64,000 nucleotides of DNA from Chrysomallon squamiferum (taxonomy: Eukaryota > Animalia > Mollusca), in assembly GCA_012295275.1 (NCBI GenBank), contig CM022678.1:18662001-18726000 (forward strand), given 5' to 3'. This document shows, one piece after another, positions 35,041 to 50,795 of the stretch (position 1 is its first letter; each line of letters begins with the position of its first letter). The notes below the pieces were generated by a model. It did not search any database, was not told where the DNA came from, and saw only the letters and a program-made list of their open reading frames with translations. Position numbers and translations under genes: made by a program.

Positions 35041-36010
35041 TTTTTTGTTGTTTGCTATCGTTGTTCTTTATTTCGTTTTTTTTTTTTTTTTTTTTTTCAT
35101 TATTTATTTCTGTTTCCTATTTAATCATTTTCAGCCAATCAGACAGCAGCAAATATTAACCCGTGCCCCAGCGAGCGGAACAGAATAGCAGAAACCAGTC
35201 ATGATCAGATGACGAGGTTCCATCGAATATCTGAAACAGCTGAAATATTTTAAAATTACGAAGTACCTGACAGCAAGCGGGATTAAGAAAGTGCAAACAG
35301 TGTTCGCTACGGATTGACAAACACACGGACAGAGAGACACAGGAGGTCTTTGTTTTATATCCTTTCAGAAAATAGATTTCATTGTGGACGCGGTTGACTG
35401 GCGCGCACTTAAGCGGAACAGCACGTCTTAGCGTTTGCACAGTGCATCATGGGAAAATAATTGTTCTTTAATCGTTGAAAGATGTGACGCTTAAAACAGG
35501 TTTTTTATTTATTTTTTATTTTTTTATAATTGTTGAAAGAGGATTTTTGTTTTTAAATCAATTTAAATTATTTATTTTCTCATAACGAACACAAATGGCA
35601 TGTTTGAAATATTTTGCAGTTGTGAAAACGAGACAGTGTGCTTTTTCAAGATATTTTTTAGCGATTATCACAACTGTGTCATTTGTAAATATTAGCAGCT
35701 TCAAGTGCTATATCTATTAATTAACAACAGTATACTTTTTGTATGTACTCACACAGACAGAAAAAGATGTACCAAAATATCTGAGTAAACATTTATCTGG
35801 ATCACCGTTTAGAATTGATATAGCTTGAGTATTGGTGCGGCTACATAGACTAGGAAACCCCCTGTGGTCATATTAATATAATTTTCATTACATCGAAAGA
35901 TTTTTTTCAATCATTAAAAAAAAATAAAAAAGGATATGCCGGAACAGGTTAAATTGCTAAGCGAGTCGATTATTAAGCGTACATTTTTGTTTACAATAGC
36001 TTTCCTAATT

Positions 36011-36073
<63 letters not shown>

Positions 36074-36195
36074 TTCGTTTTGTTGATTTTCTTTGGTGAT
36101 TTTTTATTTTTTTAAATATTAATTTATATATATATATATATTTAGTTGTTGTTGTTGTTGTTCGTTATTTTGTTTCTTTTTGTTATTTACATTTC

Positions 36196-36240
<45 letters not shown>

Positions 36241-37818
36241 ATTGGAGGAAATTTCTTAATATACATGCAGCACAAATTTAAATTTAATAAAACTGAAACA
36301 ATATTTTGTTCTTTGCGCCACTAAGTACTAAAGCACACTTTGCGCTGCGTTGAAATCTAGATACAGCTAACCTTGGAGAATAAGACTGAAATAACATCTC
36401 AAAGATGCTTAATTGTTTTCCATATAAATATTGTTTTGTTTTTTTGTTGTTTTTTTTTTGTTTTGTTTTTTTAGAAAGTTCCGGTGGCAAGATTTGATCA
36501 TAGAATCTTCGAGTTTAAAGGCTGATGACTTAATCAAAATTAGCTTTAAGTTGTGAGATAATATTAAAGTAATAAGATGAAATGTTTATTATTAGAAGTT
36601 CAATATGCTTGTAATTAAATCTGCGATCGTTGTTGTGGTAGTGGTAGTAATAGCTGTTGTTGTTGTTGTTGTTATTCAGATTGATGGTGCTGGAGGAAGA
36701 CGTAGTGGTAGTGTGATGGTGCTAACATAGCTGGAGGTGTAAGAGTTGTTGTTGGTGTAATACTAGTAGCAGTTGTAAATACTGTCGTAGCCGTAGACGT
36801 AGATATAAAAGTTGTGGTAGCTGTTGTTAGAACAGTAATAGTAGAAGCTGATGTTGATTATCAAACAGGTATGATGTGACACTGGTTAAGTCGTCAACGT
36901 AAAACTGTTCAAATTCTTGTCGTGGTAGTAGTAGTAGTAATAGTAGTAATAGAAGTTGTTGCTTTTGTTGCACTGAGACCTTTCCATGATAAAATTATTT
37001 CTTTAAATATTTATCCTTAACTTTCACCTTTTAATCTTAAAACTCAATAACGTCATGTTTAAAACCATTGTATATATACTTCTATAAATAAATTAATTCA
37101 CTGCCAAACCGCATGAATAAAGTAATATTTAAATTTCAAAACTAAAATTAGATATTTAAAATCAAACGTAGAAGAATACTGAAATCATTTGATAGTGCAT
37201 GAAAACTGCAATACTCTTTCAAAGAGCTCTTGTTATAATTCGATCATTTTCTTTGACATAGAAACCAATACTATAACTGAAGACTTACGCATAAGAATCC
37301 TGGACAAACATTATTCTTTTAATTTCTTTTTATTTATGACATTTTGAACTTTCTTGGTACGGTTACACCCGATAAACAACACTAGATTTATTCAGACAAA
37401 TCCTACCTTCATAAATAAAAGAAAAAGAACGTGCATAAAAATCATATATCTCGATAAAATCAGTTTGGTTGAGAGACAGAGCCCTGCTTCCTAGCAGTAT
37501 GGCGATGATATTCCAAAAACAGTTGTTACAAGGAGAAACTCAGTGCTGCCGAAATTTCTTAGAAAAATACAAAGTAATGAAGTCAGTGATTGGCCCAAAT
37601 ATTCTGACGTCATCGAAAGATAATATTAACAAAAACAGTTATTGTTATGACAGATAATCTAAATGATAATTTTCATTGACATTTGAATTGAATGTTTATG
37701 ACAGTGTTTATAAAGACGGTGTTGTTAGGCACATAAATACATCTAACCAGAAATCAAGACAATATTTCATGTTTGTTTTTGAATGAAATTAAATGGGTTT
37801 ATTATTATAAATATTGAT

Positions 37819-37926
<108 letters not shown>

Positions 37927-38234
37927 ATTAATATTTATTCATTTATTGTCATTGTTATTGTTGTTATTATTATTTATTATTATTATTTATTTACTTGTTG
38001 TTGGGTTTTTTTTGCAGTGTTTGTTATAAATCATCACAAAATTGTTGTCTTCTTGCGCACGTCTTCAGTTAAGTATCTACAAAGGCGAGCATGAAACATC
38101 ACTTCTTTTTTTATCTATACGAGATGTGTCACTTCACAAAATCTGTGATTATGCAATATGACGTTTGAACTTAGACCAAACATTACACGAAGAATTATTA
38201 TACTTAGTACGGTAATAATACAGAACTATAAATT

Positions 38235-38555
38235 AAAATACTTAGCAGGATATTAATTGACTGTTTTCAGTTAATACAGTTAGCGGAGTTTGTTTTAAAT
38301 AATATTATTAGCAGAATATTAAAAGAGTTTGATTTTAAACTAATATGGGAGGATATTAATACAGTTAATTTTAAATTAATATAGTTAATGGGATATTAAT
38401 AGAGTTTGCTTTAAATTACTAGAGTTAACAGGATATAAACATAATTTATTTTAAAATAATATAGTAATATTGATATAGTTTGTTTCAAATTAATACAGTT
38501 ATCATGATATTAATATAGATAGCAGAATACTAATACAGTTGGCTTGAAATTAATT
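38235..38555. repeat. Degenerate ~39-bp AT-rich minisatellite
   Basis: Recurrent gatattaata.agtttg.tttaaattaata.agtta motif. Confidence 0.6.
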
Positions 38556-38749
38556 AAATATTTTAATATCATGAAACGTATACGACATCAAAAACGAATT
38601 AAAATTTTCGTTTTCATTCTACTTTGAAAACGATTAGTAGACGGTGAAACTTCTTGAAATGTGAACATGTCATGAAAGAAGTATGCTATATGGTTTCGAA
38701 CAAGTTGTTACTCTTATAAAACAAAGGGTATATTCAAAAGATAGAAAAA

Positions 38750-38813
<64 letters not shown>

Positions 38814-40179
38814 GTTGTAGTAGTAGTAGTAGTAGTAGCAATAATAAAGTGGTTTTTTCGTCTGCATATTCTTAATATTGACTAACATAAACAAACTTGG
38901 TGGTACCCCACACTTTAATAACTGAATAACATAAATCAGTGTGTTAGCTTATAATGAACATATATATTCTAATAAAAATTAAAATATGAAAATAAGTATT
39001 AAAATATAAATAACAAAAAATTATTTAAAAATCCGATTCCTGTATAAGAGGTCACCTTCTTTTCCAAGATTAGTTAAGCTTGACGGTAACTTGATTTAGT
39101 ATTATAACTAAGCGAATCCATTATTAACGTGAAATTAATTCGTTCAACGAATTAACCGTAATGTAACAAGTGAACGGATGTCTAAGTTAAAACTAACACT
39201 TCCATGACATGTTATTAATACAAGTATTAATTCATCTGAACATACTGAACGAGTAAGAAGAGACTGAATAAAATAAAGTTTTCTTTATAAAACCAGATTT
39301 CATTCATAAACAAAATAAATCATTTTTATAGTGAAGCAGACTGAGACAGACTCGAATAGTCAGTACAACACTGATGATAATTAATTAAATCATATGTTCA
39401 GTGGCACGCCATTTTCACAACCTGCAAAGAAATTTGATGGTGGCCATCTTTATATAATTAAATGAAAATCGTCCATAAAATGAAATGGTCTGATAACATG
39501 GAATTAACATAATTATTATATTTATGTCAAGAGTTAATGAACATGTAAAGAAGTAATTAGTTTGATTTTATTTTGAGAGGACTGCCACTCTCGAAACATT
39601 AACAACACAATAATTGTTGTCAGTATACTTTTATATTTGAATATAAATGAAGCGTTTGAATATAATTGAAAAGGTTTCTTTCTAATTCTTTCAGTGACAT
39701 TTTACAAAAGACTGGATCTACTGAAGCTGAAACGTAATTACGAACACTCTGATCTAAAATTAATGACTAAATTATTTTACTAGTTCCATATTATTTTAGA
39801 CGACATGTTAGAAACTAAAAGAAACCAAAAACATTCTTAAAACAGACAGACGATTCTTTGAATAGATAAATAAAAATTAAACATAATAGGGCATAAATAA
39901 CAAGAGCTACAAAATAATATAGATGTACTACGGTGATAATTTATATTCATAAATGTAATGCAAGCTAACTGTTAAATCCAGCAGCCTTTAAACTTATTTC
40001 CATAATCAGTGAAACTTACACATAAAACGTATTAAAGTAAAAAAAAAAAATTCTTTTCCAGATAGTTCCTAATATATTGCATCTTGAATTTCCGTTTGGA
40101 CAATTCACAGCAAAAAAACAACAAAAAAAAAAACAACAACGAATAAACAACAAAATATTCATCGATAGAGGTAACTTAC

Positions 40180-40620
40180 CTTTCAATTCGAGAAGCTGAT
40201 GATGAAATCACCGCGATTATAACAGAAGATGGTGTTAGTGTTTGACTAGAAACTGTCAGGATATTAAAGTGTTTTTGTCCAAGTTTCTTGTAATAAGTTT
40301 CCAGAAGGATCACCTCCTTGAAGTCGTCGTTTGAGAATTAGCCTTGTCCTAGCCAAAGTTCGAGTTAAACTTCAACTCTGAAACTATTAGGACACTATTA
40401 ACAAACTGTCCAGTCCTAACTTTCAGTGTTCTCGCAAAAAAAAGAAACAACACACAAGAATCTTGTCTAAAAAGATGTGTCTTGATAACGAGCCTCGACG
40501 TGAAATCACTTTGAAGAGCACGTGCAAAACGTGAAAAGAAGTCTAAGTTTCAGATGGAAGATCGTCTGCCTAGTTCAACACGATTCTGATTCTCATTTAT
40601 CTGTCACCTGCGTTTTTATA
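40180..40620 (-). promoter_or_regulatory. Putative chitinase core promoter and non-coding first exon
   Basis: Minus-strand TATAAAAA at 40620-40613, Inr-like TCAGAA near 40587, ~408 nt with no ATG, then strong donor AAG|GTAAGT at 40180/40179; coding exon 1 has an acceptor 6 nt before its ATG and so needs an upstream exon. Confidence 0.55.
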
Positions 40621-41000
40621 CTCTGAACCGAGCAGTGTGTACACCTGTCTCATCGATCGACAGGTTTAGGAACGATGCCAAGATGGCGTTGATTCGACGG
40701 AAACCTTCTGAATATTTGGTCAAGATCCTCACGACGTCTCTCGTTATTTGATCGACTGTCCTACCACGGCAAACACGGGGCAACCTTCAGAAGTCTCTTT
40801 TTTCTCTTCTTCTTCTTCTCTGATGACTCCTCAGCATCTTAACCATTTACTTGGTGGAGTTTGTTTTTGACATTTGATGCAGAAAATAACCAAAGAGAAC
40901 TCATCGTGTCCTTTACACTGAAATCAGTTTTACTTTGGTTCTTTGTCTTTTTTTCGCGTACACTGTCAGTGCAGGTGTGAGAGGCCGTGATAGTATATAG

Positions 41001-41100
<100 letters not shown>

Positions 41101-41483
41101 CTCTCTCGTGTTTTAGGATAATACTCTCCATTCACAGGAATGCACGGATGCTGAAGCTTAAATGCATACTGATGTACGGACATAATATATACATACACTC
41201 ACATACAGGCACACACACACACATACGTACATACAAATATATGTATATACAAACATATGCACACATACATACACACACATATATGTACATACATATATAC
41301 ATGCATGCATACATACATACACTTATTAATTCACTCAAGTCATTTGTGTCTTTTTTTTTCTCCACCATCCTTTATAACACCAAAGGTTAAAAAAAAAGAA
41401 AAGAAAAAAGAAAGAATTAATTGAATAAAAAAGGATACATACATACATATATAGGTACATACACACACCCACACACACATATA

Positions 41484-41691
41484 GGGTTATCTCGGTGGCA
41501 GAAAGGTAACGTCATCCGCTTTTGGGTGAATGGGTGCCATACGTTCGACTCTCGTCAGCGTCATCTGACGGGTTTGTTAGGTCGTGATTGGACTTTGTCC
41601 TCCTGCGTCAGAGCGTTCCCAATTATTGTCTGTGTGCAGAGTCTAAGTCAGAGAATATTAAAAATCCTAAACTACATACATACATGCATAC
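41484..41691 (+). mobile_element. tRNA-derived SINE copy (family A), most complete
   Basis: A-box-like TGGCAGAAAGG 41496-41506, B-box-like GTTCGACTC 41543-41551, shared body (tcgtcagcg.catctgacggg...gattggactttgtcctcctgcg...aaaatcctaaactacat), (TACA)n tail. Confidence 0.72.
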
Positions 41692-44279
41692 AAAAGAAAT
41701 CCTTTTAAATTGCGGATGATTCAAAAATAAGATAAATAATAAATGGGAGTAGAAACATAAACCTAATGTTTTATCAAACTTTTGGAAGTTAACAGCAATG
41801 TTTAATTTGTTTGTTTATTAATTTATTAATTCATTGAAGCCATTAGTGTCTTTTTTTTTCAACATTCATCGTACCAAATAAAAATAAAAAATAAAATAAA
41901 AATTTAAAAATAAGAAAAAAGGAAAGAAAATGTTATAACTATTTTTAATAAGAAATAAATTACATCCTATAAAGGATCCGAATCATCCTGAGAGATGTTT
42001 GGCTTCTGCAGTTTAAGACATCAAACCTCAGAAGAAACGTCCATTCGTATAGTTTGTACGTACCGCTCTTTTGAACATCACACACAGACATCCTGCGCAC
42101 AGACACACAAGACGTAACGTCGATAAGATAAATATAAAAACTGCATGTCCTCTACGTGTAAAGTAAAGTCACTTGTTTAGAAATCGTGCGATGTTCTGTA
42201 GAACAGACTCCAGAGATGACTTCTAATACACAGCTGTTCCTACAGACTCTTAAACAGACATCCATAGATTTGTACATCGTTTCTTTTTCTGTCATTCTTT
42301 CTTTTCTTTTTCTCTTTTTTTCATTCTCTCTCTTATATTTTTTTTTCTTAAAATTTTGGATCGTATTATTAAATTGAAGTGTTTCCACAGTTTGTTGTTG
42401 TCGATATTATTTGTTATCATGAATACAAAACAAGATAAAAACAAATCAAAATGATTATTTGATACCGTTGTTCTCGGGAAAATCCTGTCATTTAACTTTG
42501 AAGAGAAATTATCAGAAGAAAAAAAGAAAGAAAGAAACAGCAGTTTAATGGATTCTGTTAGTAAGTTAGTATGTCAGTATATTTTCACTGAACGTACAAA
42601 GTGTGATTCTTTCTGTTAACTTGCTGAGAAAACACAAACTATCCTAACAAAAATTTACTAAGACAGAACACGCGATCTCCTCACATTAGTATTTCCAGAA
42701 CAAATTATTGTTATTAGGTTAGCTGTAGAACATGTTTTAATATTTTGAATACTTATATAGATGTGTGTTTGAAAGTTATTATATCTTCAAGGCATAATTA
42801 CAATATCAGTCATTATTATTTATGTCTTCTTCATCTATCTTAAATTAGCTACGATTCCTATAAACAAGTAAATTTCACACCTTTTCCATTAAAATCTAAC
42901 TATACTAATATTTTAATCACAGCAAATGTTGAAACCAACGTCAGTTAAGAAAGAAAAACAGGTATGCCTTGTCAACCAGATTTGTACTTCAGTGTGTGTC
43001 AAGATTAAGAAAATAATCTCGTCTTTGAAGGTGATTTGTTCTGTTTTTGTTTTGGTCTGCATCTCGCTTTCTCTGTTTCTATCAGAAACCACGCAACACG
43101 TGAAAACAGTTAACCTAGTCGTATTGTTTGAGCGCCGTGTTCAGAGCAAACACAAAGATTAAGTGATGTTTGGTGAACGATTATAAATGATTTAAACCTG
43201 CACTTGAACTGAGCGGTGTTGTTTAGATCTGGAAATCACGCTTGTCTAGAATCTTTTGTTCTTAATTCTTGATTTTTTAGAGTTTCAGTTGTTTCTTTTT
43301 TTTTTTTTGGTTTTGTTTTTGTTGCTGTTTTTTTTTTGTTGTTTTTTTGTGTTGTCCTTTTTGGATAGATTCGTTTTCATTTACTGTATTTTGTTTTGTT
43401 TTTCGTTTTATTTAAGTATCATCATCTTCATCATCGTTGTTGTTTGCGTTTCGCTATAATCTGTACTTTAATTGCTTTCCTTCGTGTTGCTGTTTTGTAT
43501 TTTGTGGGTGTTTCTTAATCTATTTGTATCTATTCATTTTGAATTTTTTTCTTCTTTTTTTTCCCCCCATTCTTTATTGTGTTCATCCTTCAGTCTAAAC
43601 CTTCATCTTCTTCTGACTTGTTTATTCATTTTCAACTGCAAGTGACTCTCAAAGTAAACATTAAAAAAAACGTACTTCGATGAAACCGAGATTTCATTTC
43701 AAAGACAGAACACGTAATTACAAATTACTCATCATCGAAATTGATTGGCATTCTTCCTTTTGTTTAATTCCTCCGTTTGGACTGGAGCACTGTCAATTTG
43801 TTCTGTCAACGTGTAAAGAAAAGAGGACACATGATTGATTACTGAAGACAAAACGTTTCGTTTAAACTTAAAAATGACCGATATGTCGAGTAGATTGAAA
43901 CCAGTCGTTCGTTTACCTACTGGTCCACATTCCTTTTAAATCACTATGCAGCGGAACAAGCTTTGTGACATTGGTGTATGCACTAGTTTACTCTCATTTG
44001 TTTGTATTTGACAAGATAGTCACGGATACCAGTTTAGTTTAGTTTTTTTTTTTTTTTAAATACGTATCTAGATTTATTTTTATTTGAAATGAACAAAATT
44101 TTATGTTAGAATAGGCATCACATTTGTTTTCTTATAAACCAATAAAGATCTTGAATAGCGATCTACTTTGTTTTTAATTTCTGTTCTACTGTTTTGCTGT
44201 CGGTTTCTTTTTTTTTAAATGTTTCTTTTACTTTAAATTACTTATATCATTTTTCTTCTTAATTGTGTGGTTTCTGTTT

Positions 44280-44379
<100 letters not shown>

Positions 44380-44612
44380 TGTATCTTCTTTTTCCGTACT
44401 TTTCTTTATTTTTTCATTTTTTCCATTTCTGCTTCTACTTTCTTTTCTCGCATGTATAGGTTTTTCATTCATTGTTTTCTTTCTCAACTTGTATCTTTTC
44501 TCTTCTCTCTTCCTATTTTATTTTTCTATTTTATTTCTGTCTCTCTGTCTTCTATCTTGGCTTATGCGTCTATATCTATGAGTGTGCATCTTCAGCTTTT
44601 TCTGCCTCTCTC

Positions 44613-44664
<52 letters not shown>

Positions 44665-45273
44665 TCTCTCTCTGTTTCTTTCTCTCTATCTATCTTTCTC
44701 TCTCTCTATTTCTCTCTCTTTCGTGTATGTGTATATATTCTGCTTCAAACACTCTCTCTCTTTCTTTCTCTGTTTGTCTTTCTTTCTGTCCCTCTCTATC
44801 TATATCTTTATCGCTATCTAAGTATTTGTCAGCATGTGTTACAGGGTAGAATTAGGAAAATGACATGAATCCTAGTAGTATCGTGTATGCTCGATTTCTT
44901 CCTTTCTGTAACACAAAACACAGTGTGAGCTAAGCGCATGCAAACACAACAAACAGTCAGGCTAGCACCAGCGTGCGAGATGCAAACACAATCGTAAGGT
45001 CAAGTTCAGTTGACAAATAGTCACAGAATGCATAAGCAACTGTTACGACGTCGCAAATTTGACGTCGTCGCGTCTGAAAACACTGCAACTTGGCATTTCA
45101 GATTAGAATGCATCTGCAGTTATTAACCAAAAAACTATAACAAAACAAAAACAAAAACTAAAAAAATATAAAAATAAAGCTCGGCTTGCTTTGACAGAAA
45201 TTAATTATTGTTCTAAAATATAAAGATTATTGAATGTATATTTAATCTCTGCGTTGTTTACTGTTGATACTAA

Positions 45274-45350
<77 letters not shown>

Positions 45351-45954
45351 GCTGAGTGATACAGAGATTCAGTACAGAATATACAGATCTGATATTATAC
45401 ATTTAAGATAAATATCTCAGTATATTTGAAAACTGACCATCGCGTATTTTTACCTGAACTTGACCTCCAGAGAGTGTTCTGTTATCACACGAAAACTGTC
45501 TGTGTTTTCTTGTCCCATCCTGACCCTACACACTGTATAAGTAAAAGAGATAGCACGCACACACCACCTGATTACCTTGATCAGCTCGAGAAGTTGTTCT
45601 TCTTCAAATTAGTCCTGCTTAATTAGATAATGAACAGAAAATAAGCAATGTTTAGAGTCTACACGTTTTCGTGTTTGATATCTTCATTTAGACAAACAGT
45701 CAGCCACAAAACAAAATGAACAACGATATTTAAACTAGGAGCTTTGGTCTCTGTGTTGAAGATAATGTACATAGACAAACATGTTCACTAAATATTGGTG
45801 ATGTTCTTTCAAATATTGATGTTTTTCTTATATCAAAGTTTAAAGATACCGTCCTAAATAATGATGGTCTGATAATGTATTCATGGTCACTTTTGCAGTT
45901 CAGTTTGGTCGTAATTGTTTGATATTTCTTCTTTTTCGTGTCTCACTTTTCTTC

Positions 45955-46051
<97 letters not shown>

Positions 46052-46135
46052 CTTGTATATGTACACACACACACACACACATATATATATGTCTTTCTCG
46101 CTGTCTATCTATCTATCTATTTATTTATTTATCTG

Positions 46136-46204
<69 letters not shown>

Positions 46205-46708
46205 CTATGAGATCGTTTTAGTTGAGCGAGTATTTTACTTTAACTGGAATTACAAAAGAAACAAACTGATGAACGAAAGACTATTTACTATTACCAGTCA
46301 ATAAAACGCCTCGTTGCGTAATCGAGGCTGTTCGACCTTACATCCAAACAAAGTCGTGTCAGCCTTGATAGGTTCTATCTGCATAATTGCATCTGCATTC
46401 GGCGTAACGGATTCCACGCATGGTCTATCGAATTAATTTGGCGCCAGTGATTCAGTGAATGACAACTTGTTATACATACGTGAAGGTTGTGCTCCTATAT
46501 TCAGTGATTCTTAGACAGAAACAAAAATAGTTAATATTTAATCAGCAGATCTATAATATCTGTCACCGACATGTCTTATTATATTCTATGCACTAAAATA
46601 GTGTATATTTTGTCTACCAGAACAAACTGAAAGACAATACTGAAGCTGCGATCTTTAGTCTTTGTATCATGGATTAATAAAAAGTATAGATTTTTTATAT
46701 TTCTCTAC

Positions 46709-46820
<112 letters not shown>

Positions 46821-48905
46821 ATCTCTCTCTCTCTCTCACTCTATCTCTGTCTCTCTCACACACACACACACACATTATTTGTGTCTGACATTCTATACGT
46901 CTCTATTTCTTCTCCATTGTATTTCTATCTATCTCGCTCTTTTTCTTTCAGTGACTCTTTATTCATTTATTTCTGTTTTATCCATCTAAAAATGTTTATC
47001 AATTCATTAGCGAAGTGCAAAACACTATATTGTTCTCCAGTTTTATCGAATCGAAACGTAATTAAATTGTATCAAAATTTATTTTAACGGAACCGCTATC
47101 AAGATGCGAACACTATATCTACCAAACGTCAAATAATGGCTTAACAATATTACAAATATCAGTTCTTCAGTTTGAATTCGTATGATGCACCTGTATTGAT
47201 TGTAATAGCAACCGTTTCGAAATGCTTGTACGAAATGTAAAAATAAAAAAAATAAAAATAAAACTTAATACCAAAACAATGGTTAACAACTGCAATTAAC
47301 AAATAGTAGCCAGTACCAAGATTCGACCAAGATACCCACCAAACGTCAAACAGTGGCTTAACCGGAGGACTTCTGAAACAGGTAATTCTTCAATTTAACC
47401 TTATTTAATAAAACATCTATTGTACAACTGTTACTTTTGTGTTTGCGTTTTGTTACGCAATTTTGTACAACAGTTAATTTTCTTACACAGATTGACTGGT
47501 TCTCTTGAATGTCAGCGGATTAGCTGTGTCCACTACTTAGGCGTAACACTCCAAGGTGAGAAAAATCCGCGCAGCAAATAGAGTGGTGACAGTGTAAACA
47601 AAATGGCTGCGCTTTGCCGGACCTCGGTAGGCTAAATGATGACAACAAGTGAATGTTTCTACCAAACCCTTTCTATTTTTCACTTCCGTAACACTGGAGA
47701 GAGATTTATGTTGAAGGCCAGACAGAAATATTTGAAATCTGAGCTAAACTTAGCATCGAACTGTTATCGAACTGGATTATAAACTATTTTTGGTTTTGCG
47801 GGTTTATAGATTTTTCTTTTCTTTTCTTTTGTTTGACATCATATTTTGTCGCTGTATGTCTAGTAATAAGAAAGTGTGTATTGTGTCTGTTCAGGTTATA
47901 TATACAGTTTGCAAATTTATTCTTATAATAGTAGTAGCAGCAGCAGAAAAGCAGTAGTAGTAGTAATAGTAGTGTGTTGGTATGGTGGGTGGTAGCAAGG
48001 CAGTATTATATATGTAGATAATCACTTATTAGGTGTATGATGTATTCGATATTAATTACACACTATGTCAAAGTGATACATTTTCAAGCGACGTTATACA
48101 CTATATAAAGTAGTGTGATATTTGGTGAATCGACTGTATATTTTTCTCTTTACTAGATAAATTTCTGATTTTCTGATTTTCTTTCTTTGTAATCAAAGCT
48201 AACGAGATCTCTATGATCCATCTCTGCCTTGAGTCTCGATTTGTCACAAGGTTAATTCTTGTCGGTCGTTCAGACCAGTTTTTCCCGGTCCGACAAGTTT
48301 TCATCTGTCCTCTGTCAAAAGCCTTTTGTTAGTGTTGTTGTTTTATTTGCTTGTGGCGGTTTCTTTATTGTCCTTTTTTTTTTTTTTCTTTTGTTGTTTT
48401 TTCTTTCTTTTATTAGTTTGTGAGACGCATATAAAATATTGTTTACAGTTAACAGAGGAAGCGCATATTACGACAATAGCAGTACTGCTGTTTAACTATT
48501 TTATCTGATTCTTAATCATCTAATGACGTAGATAACTAAAGACTGCGAACACGTCGAATGAGTTTTACCTCAAGCGCCATTCTTTTTCTTTTTAGCCATC
48601 CTTCTTTTCTTTTCTTTGTATTCTTCCTTCTTTTCTCTATAACGTCTTCCTTCGCGTCTCCTAAGTAACTGAAATCGGATTACAACGTTAATCACTGAAC
48701 TTCACTTTCATGGATAAAACAAAAATTAAGGGAGCCAAAAAAAAAAAAAAAAAAAAAAACCCACAAATTGTTGAGAACATATAAACAAAACGCAAATTAA
48801 ACATTATTTCCTGCAGTGGTACAAAACAACATTAATTATAATTTAATTATAATTTAATTATATCTCCATCAGACGACACTGATATGTTAGCTACAAACAC
48901 AAAGA

Positions 48906-48982
48906 CGCCGACAGTGGTTAAGCTGTCTCATTACAGTCAGGCAGGCTACAGATATGGAGTTCGCGTCTTGGTATCGGCTTCT
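48906..48982 (+). mobile_element. Possible decayed head of a second tRNA-derived SINE family
   Basis: cagtggttaagc (A-box-like) and gagttcgcgtc (B-box-like) at tRNA-like spacing; no cloverleaf. Confidence 0.3.
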
Positions 48983-49330
48983 TTCAGCTGAAGTATAAAA
49001 CACTATTACTAGAATATTTATCTTTGTGTAGTTAGTTCGTACTGTAATCAGTATTATATTATATTATATGTTATATATGCCAGATAGTAAATAGAATTGA
49101 ATACAACTGATGAAGTATAAGACACTACCAACAGGATGTCTCTTTGTCTTTCTATTTGTTTACGTTTCATATAACTACTTTAATCATGGTGTATTATTCA
49201 TATATGTATGCTAGATATAAAACAGTATTACGTATAAAAGATAACTAATTATAAGACACTACAGATATGTCGTAATGTTCATACTGCTTCATTTACCATT
49301 TATACGTCAGTATATGTGTGCTTGTTTGTG

Positions 49331-49378
<48 letters not shown>

Positions 49379-49439
49379 AAAGATAGATATAGATATACAC
49401 TCACATAATACACAAGGATGAAAACCCCCAAAATAAACA

Positions 49440-49542
49440 GACAGACAGACAGGTAGATAGATAGATAGATAGATACATACATACATACATACATACATAC
49501 ATGCATACATAGATAAATAGATAGATAGGCAGATAGATAGGC

Positions 49543-49606
<64 letters not shown>

Positions 49607-49616
49607 GCATAGATAA

Positions 49617-49667
<51 letters not shown>

Positions 49668-49790
49668 CATACATACATGCATACATGCACAGATAAATAG
49701 ATAGATACATACATACATGCATACATGCATAGATAAATAGATAGATAGACAGACAGATAGACAGACAGATAGACAGACAGTTAGACAGAC
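49440..49790. repeat. Compound (GATA)n/(CATA)n/(GACA)n tetranucleotide microsatellite
   Basis: Direct reading. Confidence 0.95.
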
Positions 49791-50683
49791 AATCATACTG
49801 ATAAATAGATAGACGGAGGCACGAATTAACAGAAACTAATTAATTTAAAAAAAACATAAACCACAGTTGTTGTTTTTCTCAGCGAATCTCTTTACTGATT
49901 TGTGTACCCTGGCGCATTAACTTGAAAAATGACTTTCATTTTGTACCGCGGCGCTGACAACATCACGCAAACACTGAGCGGCTGTCTGTTTACTGCCAGA
50001 CATCTGTAAACATATTTCCAGCGTTATTTTTGTTGACAAGTTAGCAGAATTTTGATACATGTCATAAGAAGTGTTAAAATAATTGAGGTAATTTCGCTAA
50101 ATATTAACGATGTTTGAAATATAACCTGTCTTGATTAATACTGGTTTTGTGTTGTTTTTTTGTGGGGGGAGTTTGGGGTTGTTTTCTTTTTTTCATTTTT
50201 TTTTTTCATTTTGCGGGCAAGAAATTTAAAAATATTGAACATATTCTGAATGCTGATTAAATAAATTCAAATTATGAACTGAAACTTGTTTTAAACGTGG
50301 ATGACTATAATTTCGTAACATGAAGTGCAAACGATACTGGCTTTTTTTAAATTTATTTATTTATTCATTTTTTTTTTTTTTTATTTATTTATTTATTTGA
50401 TTTTTGTTGTTGTTTTTGTTGCTTTTGTTGTGTTTTTGTTTTTGTTTATTTCTAATTAGTTGGTACATTATTTTATTTTATTTTATATTTTTTTATTTAT
50501 TTAGTAACAATCTAGTGCCGGTATGTGGTGATTTTAAGTTTGATTTATCTTAGCTTTGACAACTAAATAAACAGAAATTTTCATTTTCTTATTTTATTTT
50601 TCTTTGAAATAATACTCAGTTATTCTTCACTGAAACCCCAAGTTATTTCATGAATTTGTTTTATATATATATATATATATATA

Positions 50684-50795
<112 letters not shown>

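Noticed and set aside
41484-41560. tRNA gene
   Set aside because: A/B-box-like motifs are present, but there is no cloverleaf and the sequence continues into a body shared with other dispersed copies, so it is a SINE.
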